A DNA stretch of 61,760 nt, the filler included, from Xylographa opegraphella (taxonomy: Eukaryota): NCBI GenBank assembly GCA_022813865.1. It is 4 parts of 4 records of this genome, joined end to end, with 100 filler letters (N's around TTAATTAATTAA, not from the genome) between each part and the next. Parts side by side here need not be neighbours in the genome. Positions count along the whole stretch, not along the records: positions 46,436 to 61,760 come from JALDZX010000153.1; 3 more parts are not named here. One strand, given 5' to 3'. Below are positions 51,262 through 61,760 of this stretch, piece after piece; within the stretch, counting starts at the first letter, position 1, and each line of letters starts with the position of its first letter. The notes beneath the pieces were generated by a model, which saw only the letters and a program-made list of their open reading frames with translations, had not been told where the DNA came from and did no database searches. Made by a program: the position numbers and the translations under genes.

Positions 51262-54199
51262 CAGAATGTATTCAGAGGTTCGTTTTAAATTTTTTTTCAT
51301 TTTTATTAAATTTAATTTTATATTCTTTAAATTTAACAGATTATCAACCCGGTTACGCTTTAATTACACTAAAAAGTTAATTTATTATTAACTTATTATA
51401 CCTTACGAGGTTTTATTTTTCAATATTACAATATCGTTGTTTTATTTGAATTCGAATATTAACTGCAGGGCTTTAACAATTACGATAAATAACGACGAAA
51501 AATTAATATTTATCTATTATTATACAACGTATTAACGTAAACGCAAAAAACAGAATTATTACCTTTGTTATTTAAAAAATTCAATACAAATAAGGTACTA
51601 AAGGCGAAGATTAATATATTTAAGTATATAATTTTAAATATATTAAACCCCCAGGGAAATACTTCTATAAAATATAATAACTTATAACGTAGTAAATTTA
51701 AACGCTGGGATTATAATTAATTAATTTTTACTAAATTCTTTTTTTGCTTTTGTTTAAATACGTTTTACCTTTTGCGCCGCATTTGTATTTAACAATAATT
51801 ATCTTTTAATAGTAATTTTAAATATTTTGAAATCGATTTCGTATTTTTTTATACAATTCGCGGCTAATTTCGTTAAATTTTATAATATATTTTATTTTTG
51901 CTTTTTAGAGCTTTTCTCATTTTTCGCCTAATTAAAAATATATTTTAGCGTAAATTTAAACAATGGCGCGCCGGGCAAATTTATTCTTCGAATGCAAATT
52001 AACGTAAAATTACAAATTCATTAAAAGTATTTTCTCGGATTTATAGTACTTTGTAATCCTGGCCCGAATTTTAAAGTAATCGAATTTTTATTCGTATTTT
52101 TCAATTCGAAAATAGCAGTTCGCCGAGCTTTGATTCTATAACTTTGAATAATAATTTATTAATCAACGATTTTTGCCGTTTTAAATTATTTTCGATGTTG
52201 ACGCCATATTTATCGCACCCTTTTAAAATAATTTTTCGCTTTTTTTTCGAAATATGCGGCTTGCTAAAAATATTAACGTTATTATAAAAAGCTTTTTCGT
52301 CGTTACCGCTAAAAATTCCCGAAAAAAATTTACTTACGTTTATTTTATCGTGATTTTATAATTTCTTTTGTCAGCTATTTTCGTACCTACGGTAAATATC
52401 TAGGTTATCGATCTTCGAGCAATATTTAAAATATAAAATTAATTTAATAAAATCGAATTTTATTTTTCGTTTGACGAATTATTTTGGGGGAGCAATAAAT
52501 AATTAATCGATTTAACTTTTACGCTCGCGTTTTTTTATTTTTTTTATTTATTTAAAAATTACGAACTCAAGAACTTTATTTAGATTTTTTATAATTATAA
52601 ACCTTTTTACTTGATTCTGCAAAGGTATTTTAACGTTATTTCGTACGCGTTTTAAGTCTTTTGTTGTAATAATCGGTTTTTTAGACTAACCCTTAGCTCT
52701 GTAAATTAAACGTAAATAAATAATTGTTAAAAAAAATATAGACCGCGTTTTGGTATTTAGCCATAAAATTATTATATTATCTATTTCGGCTCAAAATCAA
52801 AGGTCGGCCTTTAATTTAACTGCTTTTTCTAATATTTTTACGTTATTTTCCCCTTATTTTTGCTCGATTCGAGCTCTATCCTTATTATTTTTTATTATAA
52901 AAATTTTATGTATTTTGACCGCGGCGAAGCTTGCTTTTTATTTAACTCGATATTTTTTGTAGATTTCGTTCTAATATTTAACATTTTTTTTCAATTATTT
53001 AAACTATCTAAAAGTAAGTTCGATTAATACCCTTTTTAACCTTATATAATTAATTTTGGATTTCTTCCTAGATTTCGTATTCTTTATATTTTTTCTAAAA
53101 ATTCGAAATACGCCAGAACTTTCGTATATATTTCAAAGTAAATATTTTGTAAAATTTATCTTATTTTTGCGATCGTTTCGTTTTTTCCTTTTAATACTTT
53201 AATATTTTAATTGAATAGCTGTCGAAGGTCCATTTTAAAGCGGTAAACTTCGATAAAGTAAGAAGGTAAAATAAACTTAATTGGTATTAAAAGCTAATAT
53301 AAAAATAATATTATTACTGTAGTTAAAAAATGGTATTTTACAGAGGGAAAAAGTAATAATTATAAAAAAATACAGGCGGCCGTTATTATAATAATAAGAA
53401 TATTATAGCTATAAAGTCGAATGCAGTTCGAATTATTACTGGCGTTAAAATTTCGATATTATAGGAAAAAAATATTATTGTAGTAGCAAGAGCGATATCG
53501 TCGTATTAACGAAAATGTTATTACTATAAATTAAATAGAGTCGTAGCCGAAAGGAAATTAATATATTAAATACGTTAACGTTAATGCCGTCGCTAATACC
53601 GTAAAAGTTGCTATTGCGAATATAACAGAAACTATTATTACGAATATAAAAGAAATTGCTACAATAGCAAAAATAAGTGCTTTTAAATAATATTGTTTAA
53701 GTATAAAGTTTCTCGTTCCCGTCTTTTTTATTTTAATTCAAAAACACAGTTTAAAGGCGTAAAATATAAAAAAAAATTAATAAAATCGTTAATATACTCG
53801 TTAATATACTCGTTAACGTAATTATTTATACGTTTTTTTTTCGCTCCCCCTCACCTTAATAAAAAAGAAAAAATACTTTTTTAAACAAAGAATAACGCGG
53901 CTTTCGGCGCTTTTATTTATTAATTTTTTGTTTTCGCTCGATTTCGATATTTATATACTTTCGCCCTCGTTAAACTCTAATTTCTACTTTTCGTTCGACG
54001 AAGAATTTTAAACTTTAATTTTTACTTTTCGTTCAACGAAAATTTGGAACTTTAAATTTTATTTCGAATTAAAATCATTATCGCTAAATTCATTCGAATT
54101 ATAATTATTTTCGAGGTTTCAGCTGCTGTTCTTACGGCAGTCATACTAACGAAATATTTATTTTAAAATTTCAGGATTTATTTCTATCGTCGGTTTTAT

Positions 54200-57100
54200 T
54201 TTTATTAAAATATTATTTTTTAAAATCGCTATATATTCCTTTACTATTTCGTTTTTTCGCTTGATATGCAGCTTTAGCCTTTTTCCAAAAACGGTATTAA
54301 ACCTTTTCATATTATATTATTTTTATAAACGATACACTCCCTTAATAAAATTCGCCTCGATAATCTAATATGAGTTTTACTATTAAAAAATAAATCTTCA
54401 ATTTAACGAATAGTCGTTTTTATATTTAATATTGTATAGAAAAACCAAGTCTTTTGTTTTATATACTTTATCCCTGGTATTTTTTATTAACGTTAAAGTA
54501 TTTTTTAATTTAATCCCTTATTTTTCTAAGCCTTAAAACTGCCTTTTTAAATCCAAATCTTTTTAGAATTATTACAAGACTTTTAGCGCGAGCAGGTCGG
54601 CTGTATTTCACACTCGACTTTAAAGTAAATTAATTTAATTAAGCATTTTGACCTCGATCGATAATATATACACTTTTTATAAATAAGTTAAAATAAAATT
54701 ATGTTAATACTTTGACGGATACTAATTCGATTAGCCTATAAAATTAAATATAATAATTTTAATTATAAATTATTTTATTAATGTATTAGCTTCGCTAATT
54801 TATTTATAATTAATTTATACCCTTTTCTATTATACCGTTCGCGCCCGAATTGTAAAGAGAGGTTTATATTGGGTTAATTATATACAGTTTTAATAGTATT
54901 TTAATATATTTTTTAATTTTTAATCTTTTGTTTAAAATTATTCTTTTAAAAAGCTCGTAGCGAGTTATAACGTTTTTTTACAAAAATCGAGTAATCGTTT
55001 TAAAATTTACATTTTTAAAAATTCTAGCCTTTACTCAACTTCATAAATTTTTTCGGGCGATTATTATATAATTTAACTGTTTTTTTCGCGGTATTTTAAT
55101 TATCTTTACGACCATTTTTCGAATAATATTTAATTATACGTAACGAAAATTATATTCGACTTTAATTATAAAAACTTTCGCTAATAGCTTTCGCAGAATT
55201 TGCAGTAGGCCTTGCAGTTTTTATACAATTTTTTCTATTAGTATATAACGGTTACCCTTCAATATATAATTTTTATATTTTTATATGCTTCGCCTATATT
55301 ACACTAGCTGATAACAAATTTTTACTAATTTTTTTTATTTACTATTCGTCGTAAAGGTATATTTTCACTGCCTCGTTAAAATTATTTTTTATTTTCTACT
55401 AAATATTTTAAGGCTTTCGTTTTAAAGTTCGTTTACTAACAATTTTTATATTCAATCGGCTTTTTAACGATAATGATTATATAGTATATTTTTTATAAAT
55501 TTTTAAATTTTTAAAGTCCGAATTTAAAATAGTAATTTATAGTCCTTGGCTATCGTTCTTTTTTTTCTGCCTTTCCCTAGTAGCCGCCACTATTAAACTT
55601 AAAAAGATACCTTTACGAAATATAGTTGATTTTTTAGATTTTTTTTATATTTTCGTCGTTTTTTTTATCGTTTTCGAGAGTTTAAGGCCGTTTCGATAAT
55701 TTATTTACGATTAAATATTTATTGCCAGCGATATATTTTACTTTAAAATCGAACAATCGAATTTAAATTAATTATCGATTTGTTAACGCACCCGGTATAT
55801 TTAGCGTTAATTAATTTAATTATATTATTAAAACTCGCGCTTCCGTTTTTACCACGAAAAAAATCTCGAAAAAATAAATTCTAGATTTTTTTAAAATTTT
55901 AAATAATTCTTAATATTCTTTTTTTTCGCGTTATAAGTTTTCTCGAGCTTCGACCAGACCTTATTATTATAACGAATAATATTTTTTTTTCCGTTTCGCG
56001 TGATTTGCAGTAAAATCGAGTTTTATTCAATTAAACTGGCGTTCGGGTTAAAAATAATTTCGCCGGCTTTTTTAGTATAATCTATACTTTAAATCGCTAA
56101 AGCTACAATAAAATTTAATTTTGAAATATTTATGGCGGCTTGCTAATTGTTTCTCCACTCGAATATAACGTATTTTTAAATAATCGATAAATAAAAGTTA
56201 TTACTACCGCGAAATCTTTTATTTATAATCGGAAATATATACATATTTCTACAAAAATACGCGCTTTCTCGATTAAACAGTAAAACGATTATTTTATTAT
56301 ATTTTAAAACTTTCGTTGTTTTGAGCAGTTTTTCTTTTAGCTTATAAATAAACCTTATTATTTTTTACTATTTAATCACAAATTATGACTTTGCCTCGAA
56401 TATGTATTTTTTAGTCAGTTTTACGTTATATATTACTCGATCGAGATTTTATATAAACTTTAAAATATATCGCCACATTTTCAATAAAGCCTTTTTCTAT
56501 TTTACCGGTTTTTTAGGCTCTTTATATTCATATGATCGATAAATATTTGATAAATTTAATATAAATTATTTAGAATAATATTAATAGTTCGGCAGAACTG
56601 CGCGATTAAGTTCGTTTTTTATTATTATTATATAATTTCGCAACAGGCGCAACGGGGTGTAAAACCCGGTAAAATCCCTATCATTTTTTGTTAAACTTTA
56701 ATTAATCGTATTCGAATTGTATATTTATTAGGCTTACGACTTGCATGCCCACGAATTCTTTCGCAAACTCTTTTATATTAAACAATATATTTACGTCTCG
56801 ATTAATTACTTTACTAATATATATAACCGCGTTGATAAGTTAATATTTTTCGAGCTCGAATTTTTTTACTAAAAATTATAGAGTTTTTCGCAATACTCGA
56901 TTATTTTAATTAATATTCTTTTTTTAAGCATACGTATAATTTTTAATTTTAAAACATGGGGCATTTTAAATGCAAAAGCTTGCCAGGCCTTATATTTAAC
57001 CGTTTTTATGTTTATAAATGACGTTACTTTAAGGTGAATTCTTTTAATATACGAGAAATCCCATTTAAAGTACTTTTTCTATTTTAAAGTACTTTTTCTA

Positions 57101-57400
57101 TATTAAAGTACTTTTTCTATTTTAAGGTACTTCTTGCAGAAAATGCCTTTCGATAACAAATAATTATTTATTTATTTTTAATTTTATCATACGATTCGGG
57201 ATCAGTTTAGCGCTTTTTGTTATTATACTAATACGCGATAAAAATAATCATTCGAACGACTATAAATCAGGTTAATAAAGTATAAAATTTCGCTTCGCCA
57301 GTATTTTTTTTAATCAATAAATCGAAATAAAAATTTCCCCTTAAAGTCTGGCTTGTTCACGGGCTGTATTTTATCAATTTTTTGCTTATAAATAATTTAA
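54200..57400 (-). mobile_element. RIP-degraded Ty3/Gypsy pol (RT-RNase H-integrase)
   Basis: Minus strand gives LINAVI..KVINRD..IKEFAKEFVGMQVVSL, DRDFTGFYTPLRLLR, TNLIAQFCR and FIDHMNIKEPK (RT, ~56510-56850), plus LYKNCKAYCKFCESY and SLYNSGANGIIEKG (integrase, ~54820-55230). Confidence 0.8.
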
Positions 57401-58024
57401 AGGCTATATTTATATTTTAGATCAAATTTTATATTTTAAAGTTGAAATAAACGAGCAGCCACAGTTTACAATAAATTTAAAGGTTTAAATTAATACGCCA
57501 AATTATATATAATAATCGATTTTCTACTTTTCGTTCGAACGAATAATAAACTAAAATACGAATCATTATTTTTTTAACGATATTTATTTAGCACACTTAA
57601 TCTATATTTATAAACCATTTCGTCGATTTTTAAACTTATCAAATATTTAAAGGTCTGAGTTACGTATTAAAGTATAAATAAAATAGTTTCTTGATACGTA
57701 AGTCTTTTTTTATTTAAATATTAAAAAATTTTTACGATTCTGTTGAATTTCGAATTCGTTATTTTTACTTATATATAGCTTTTTATCGACGTTTTTATAT
57801 TAGTTATAAATACGTATAACATTCCTAATATTACTAAATAACTCGCTTTTTCGGTCATGAACAGAAATTAAATTATAAATTTTAAATTATATTTTATTTT
57901 TACGTTTTTACGTTTTTACGGATTTTTTTCAATACCGTTCCGTTGTTATTAATATTTACCAACTTTAGACGATTGTTAATACTATAAAATAAAATTAGCT
58001 TTCGAGCAACTTTTTTTTATTATT

Positions 58025-58390
58025 TTAATTTCAATTTTAATTTGAATTTCAATTTGAATTTTAATTTGAATTTCAATTTGAATTTCAATTTGAATTTCAA
58101 TTTGAATTTCAATTTGAATTTCAATTTGAATTTNNNNNNNNNNNNNNNNNNNNNNNNNNNNNNNNNNNNNNNNNNNNNNNNNNNNNNNNNNNNNAATTTG
58201 AATTTGAATTTGAATTTGAATTTGAATTTGAATTTGAATTTGAATTTGAATTTGAATTTGAATTTGAATTTGAATTTGAATTTGAATTTGAATTTGAATT
58301 TGAATTTGAATTTGAATTTGAATTTGAATTTGAATTTGAATTTGAATTTGAATTTTAATTTTAATTTGAATTTGAATTTTAATTTTAATT
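58025..58390. repeat. (TGAATT)n hexamer microsatellite with internal gap
   Basis: Seen directly; it explains the IQ and NL dipeptide pseudo-ORFs. Confidence 0.95.
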
Positions 58391-61149
58391 CGGGGGCTCG
58401 ATAATAAATAAAGAATATTCGATAATAATATCATACGCGTATTTTATATTTAGTAAAACACTTTTTTACATAAATTTTTTCATATTATCGAAGACTTATT
58501 CGATTTAAAAATTATATTATAAATCAAAATACTCGATGAAAATATATCGTTTATTATAACATTAAAAACAATAATTTTAAATAATTTTATAGTATCGAAC
58601 TCCGGTTATTTATAGCTACTTACTTTGAAATATTAATTAATTTAAAAATTTTTTAGTACCGACTGCCGCTGTATTTCTTTTTATTTATTAAATTTTTTTC
58701 GTATTTCCCTGCGTATTCTAAACGGTTTTTTTATTTTAATGATATATTATAACGAAAAACGATTTCGAGCGTTTTTTTTAAAATATCAAAAAAATTTCGA
58801 TTAACATATATTACGGAAATAAATTACGAGAATTGTTATTAAATTGTTAAAAAATTAATAATTATTTTCGAACTCGCTTTTAAAATAACGCGAAAATCGA
58901 AATAATTTAAACAGCAATTATTAAAATTATAGTATTGTTCACCGCGGCGCAATCGATAGTTAAATTAATATTTTTATAATTATTAAAGTTAACGATATAT
59001 TTATTAAACGCCTTTATTTATTTTTATAAAAAGAAATATAAAATTTATAATAAATTCAATCGTTGCTAATATCGAAATAATTCTACCCAACGGCGTTAGT
59101 ATTTACGTTTAAAATAATAATTATTCTTCTTACCTTATATAATTAATCAACAATTTTTAAAATTTATAAATAAACTTCGAATTCGTAAAAATTTTGAAGT
59201 TTTCATATATACAAATACCTTTTCAATTAAATTAAAAATTAAGAATTTTCAATAGAACTAAAGTTTACTTACTGGGAGTTGAAAACAAAAAAGTAGTAAA
59301 TTAGATATTTAACGAATTATATTAACAGAAAAAAATCAAAAAATCAGTTTTTATACGCCGTTTAATTATTTAATATTTATAATATTTAAATCGAATATGA
59401 TTATAATAATTATTATACGTAAATTTAACGATTAATTTATATAAATATTAAAATAATTATATTTTGAATTTATCGTACGATTGTTTATAAAGTTTTATAT
59501 TTTTGAAAAGCTTTTTATTAAATTTATTATTAATATAAAAAGCTAGCATTAATGCTAACGGCGTAATAGATACTTTAAATTAAAAGATTTTTTATTTAAA
59601 TACGTACGTATAAAACCTCGCTGTACTAAAAATAAAATATTTATTAATAAATAACGAGGGAAAGTAAATAATATAGCAACGCGTCGTACGTTGCGTTAAT
59701 TACTATTATTTAAATTACTATTTAAGGCTTTAAAATATACGATATTAATAATATTTATATTTATATATTTCAAAATTATTACGTCGTTAATAGTCGAAAA
59801 TAATAACGATAATTATTTTTTTCGTCATTTTTCTACGAATTAAATTTAAACTTTTTTAAAGTACCTATTAATATAAAAATATTAATATCAATTTAATAAG
59901 ATAAATTATACAATTTTAAAATATATAAATTGTAAAACGATATCAACCATAAATGCGATAACATTAAAGATTTTTTATTTAATATTCATAATCATAGCGA
60001 TTTTTACGATTTTTCCGATAATAATAGTAATTGAAATATTTTTTATAATTACCCTCGTTACTTTAAAGTTCTTTTATTACGTATATTCGACACTACTTTA
60101 AGTAATTTATTAATTATCGCTTTATATTAAATAATTTATTGTTATAATTAATTATACAATTTTATTTTTAACTACTATTTGTTATTAAAAAAATATTAAA
60201 GTATTTAATTAAAAAGTAAAAAATAATCTTATTAAACAATTGCTTATTTTACGTTATTAAAATATACGCTTTTAATATGTAAATATAATTTCTATTGTTA
60301 TTATCGTCGACTCGTAGATATTTAATAAATTATTTACGTATATATAATACGTATTTGCTTTCGTAGAAAAAAGCATTATATATTTATATTATAATTAATC
60401 TTTATTCTTTCAAATACTATATTAATAAGTTGATCGCAAGCAACGTCGCCGTTGTCGCTTTAAATTATTTATAAATAATATAATTATTAACATGAACGTA
60501 TATATAATTACTAAAAAAATTATTAAAATAATTCTTTATTAAATAATTTCAATAGTTTTTTTTAATTTTGATATACGATATTTAAAACTGCCGCGAAAGC
60601 CTTTACGACAAGAATTGACGCAATTAAATATATTAATATAAATTATTTATTAATCACGATTACGTTAAATAATTACGAAACGTTATTTTTTAATTTTCTA
60701 AATTTTAATTTTTTATATTATATATTTTATTTTATAAATTTAAAATATTACTTTAAAAAATATCAAACTTTGGAAAAATATTTATTTTTAAGGGAGTTTT
60801 GATTTTTAAAATAATATTTATATATACAAAACTTTCCTCATACGTTCGTATAAAAACTGAATATTTATATAAAAATATATGTTTATTTATTTCTTCGATA
60901 TTATATTTATTTTTTTAATTATCTTTTTAATTATCTTTACTTTTAAAATTATTTATTTATTTATTTTTATTATAAAAGGTTTGATTTCCCGGAATTTTTA
61001 AATTTATTTAAAATTTAAATGTTTTTTCGATAATTATCGTTCTTTATTCGACGTTTAAAAACCTTAACGGGATTATTATATAAATAAAAAAATATATACG
61101 AAAAAAGGGTCGTAATCGAGAGTAACGAGGTCAAAGAAAGTTTCGATTT

Positions 61150-61410
61150 AATAATTTTACTGTAAAGCAGATCATTGATTATAGCGAAAAGGCGATGGTA
61201 TTATAATTTTACTGTAAAATAAATTATTTTTAATAATTTTACTATAAAACAAATCGTTAACTATAGCGAAAAATGATAATGTTATGATTTTATTACGAAA
61301 TAAATCATTTTTAATGATTTTACTATAAAGTAAATCGTTAATTATAGCGAGAAACGATAATACTATGATTTTATTATAAAATAAATCGTTAATTATAATA
61401 AAAGAGCAAA
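61150..61410. repeat. Tandem ~81-bp units (27-codon period)
   Basis: TATAGCGA anchor at ~61180, 61262 and 61343; minus-strand ORF repeats IINDLxYxKII. Confidence 0.75.
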
Positions 61411-61696
61411 GCAAAATCGCTGCGAAAAAGCGAAATAAATAAAATAATTATCGTTTATAATAATTATTAAAATAATCGAATATTTGATATTATAATCGTT
61501 TAAAAAATTTCGCTATTTTTTATATCAATCATACGCTTTTTGATTAATATTATTTATAAGCAATGTCGATATTAATTTTTTTCGTTTATTATAATAGTTA
61601 TTTATTTTTTTCGCTTTATTATATAATTATTTTAATAGTTATTAATATAATACGCTAAAATATTTGTTTTCGTATAAAGCACGGGGCTATAGCTTT

Positions 61697-61760
61697 AATT
61701 TTTTTATTTTTTTATTTTTTTATTTTTTTATTTTTTTATTTTTTTATTTTTTTATTTTTT
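61697..61760. repeat. (TTTTTTTA)n microsatellite
   Basis: Seen directly at the window end. Confidence 0.9.

Noticed and set aside
51262..53800. Minus-strand relic ORF (P/T/A-rich start, KCGAKG) as gag or LINE ORF1
   Set aside because: The zinc-knuckle spacing is not recoverable; too degraded to assign.
57982..58434. 150-aa IQIQ and 120-aa NLNL ORFs
   Set aside because: They are translations of the (TGAATT)n microsatellite across an N gap; not a telomeric TTAGGG repeat either.
1..61760. Starship giant element carrying the gene islands
   Set aside because: No DUF3435 captain, typical accessory genes or element boundaries are recognisable; Med12 and Rgd1 are core genes.

Overview
The window is from a filamentous ascomycete (Pezizomycotina-type) genome. 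About 80% of it is extremely AT-rich, RIP-degraded transposon sequence: decodable Ty3/Gypsy and Ty1/Copia relics, a foldback element, a dispersed MITE-like family, and possible DUF3505/RecQ-helicase relics. Short GC-normal solo LTRs of several families are scattered through it. There are two intact gene islands: a 9-exon DHA1-family MFS drug:H+ antiporter (minus strand, 18928-21077), and a convergent pair of Mediator subunit Med12/Srb8 (plus strand, 33284-38131) and an Rgd1-like F-BAR/RhoGAP gene (minus strand, 38914-41387). The most notable observations are: (i) a 338-bp TA-flanked MITE plus a repeat-derived 192-bp tandem duplication directly upstream of the efflux-pump gene; (ii) a 1.8-kb modular foldback element whose terminal modules are themselves mini inverted-repeat units; (iii) RIP-like mutation that appears to spare CpG; (iv) sub-300-bp LTRs that escape RIP. 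Three 100-nt gaps carry an artificial TTAATTAATTAA linker, so linkage across them is unproven. All calls are by eye, and protein-motif comparisons come from recalled family consensus, not from searches.
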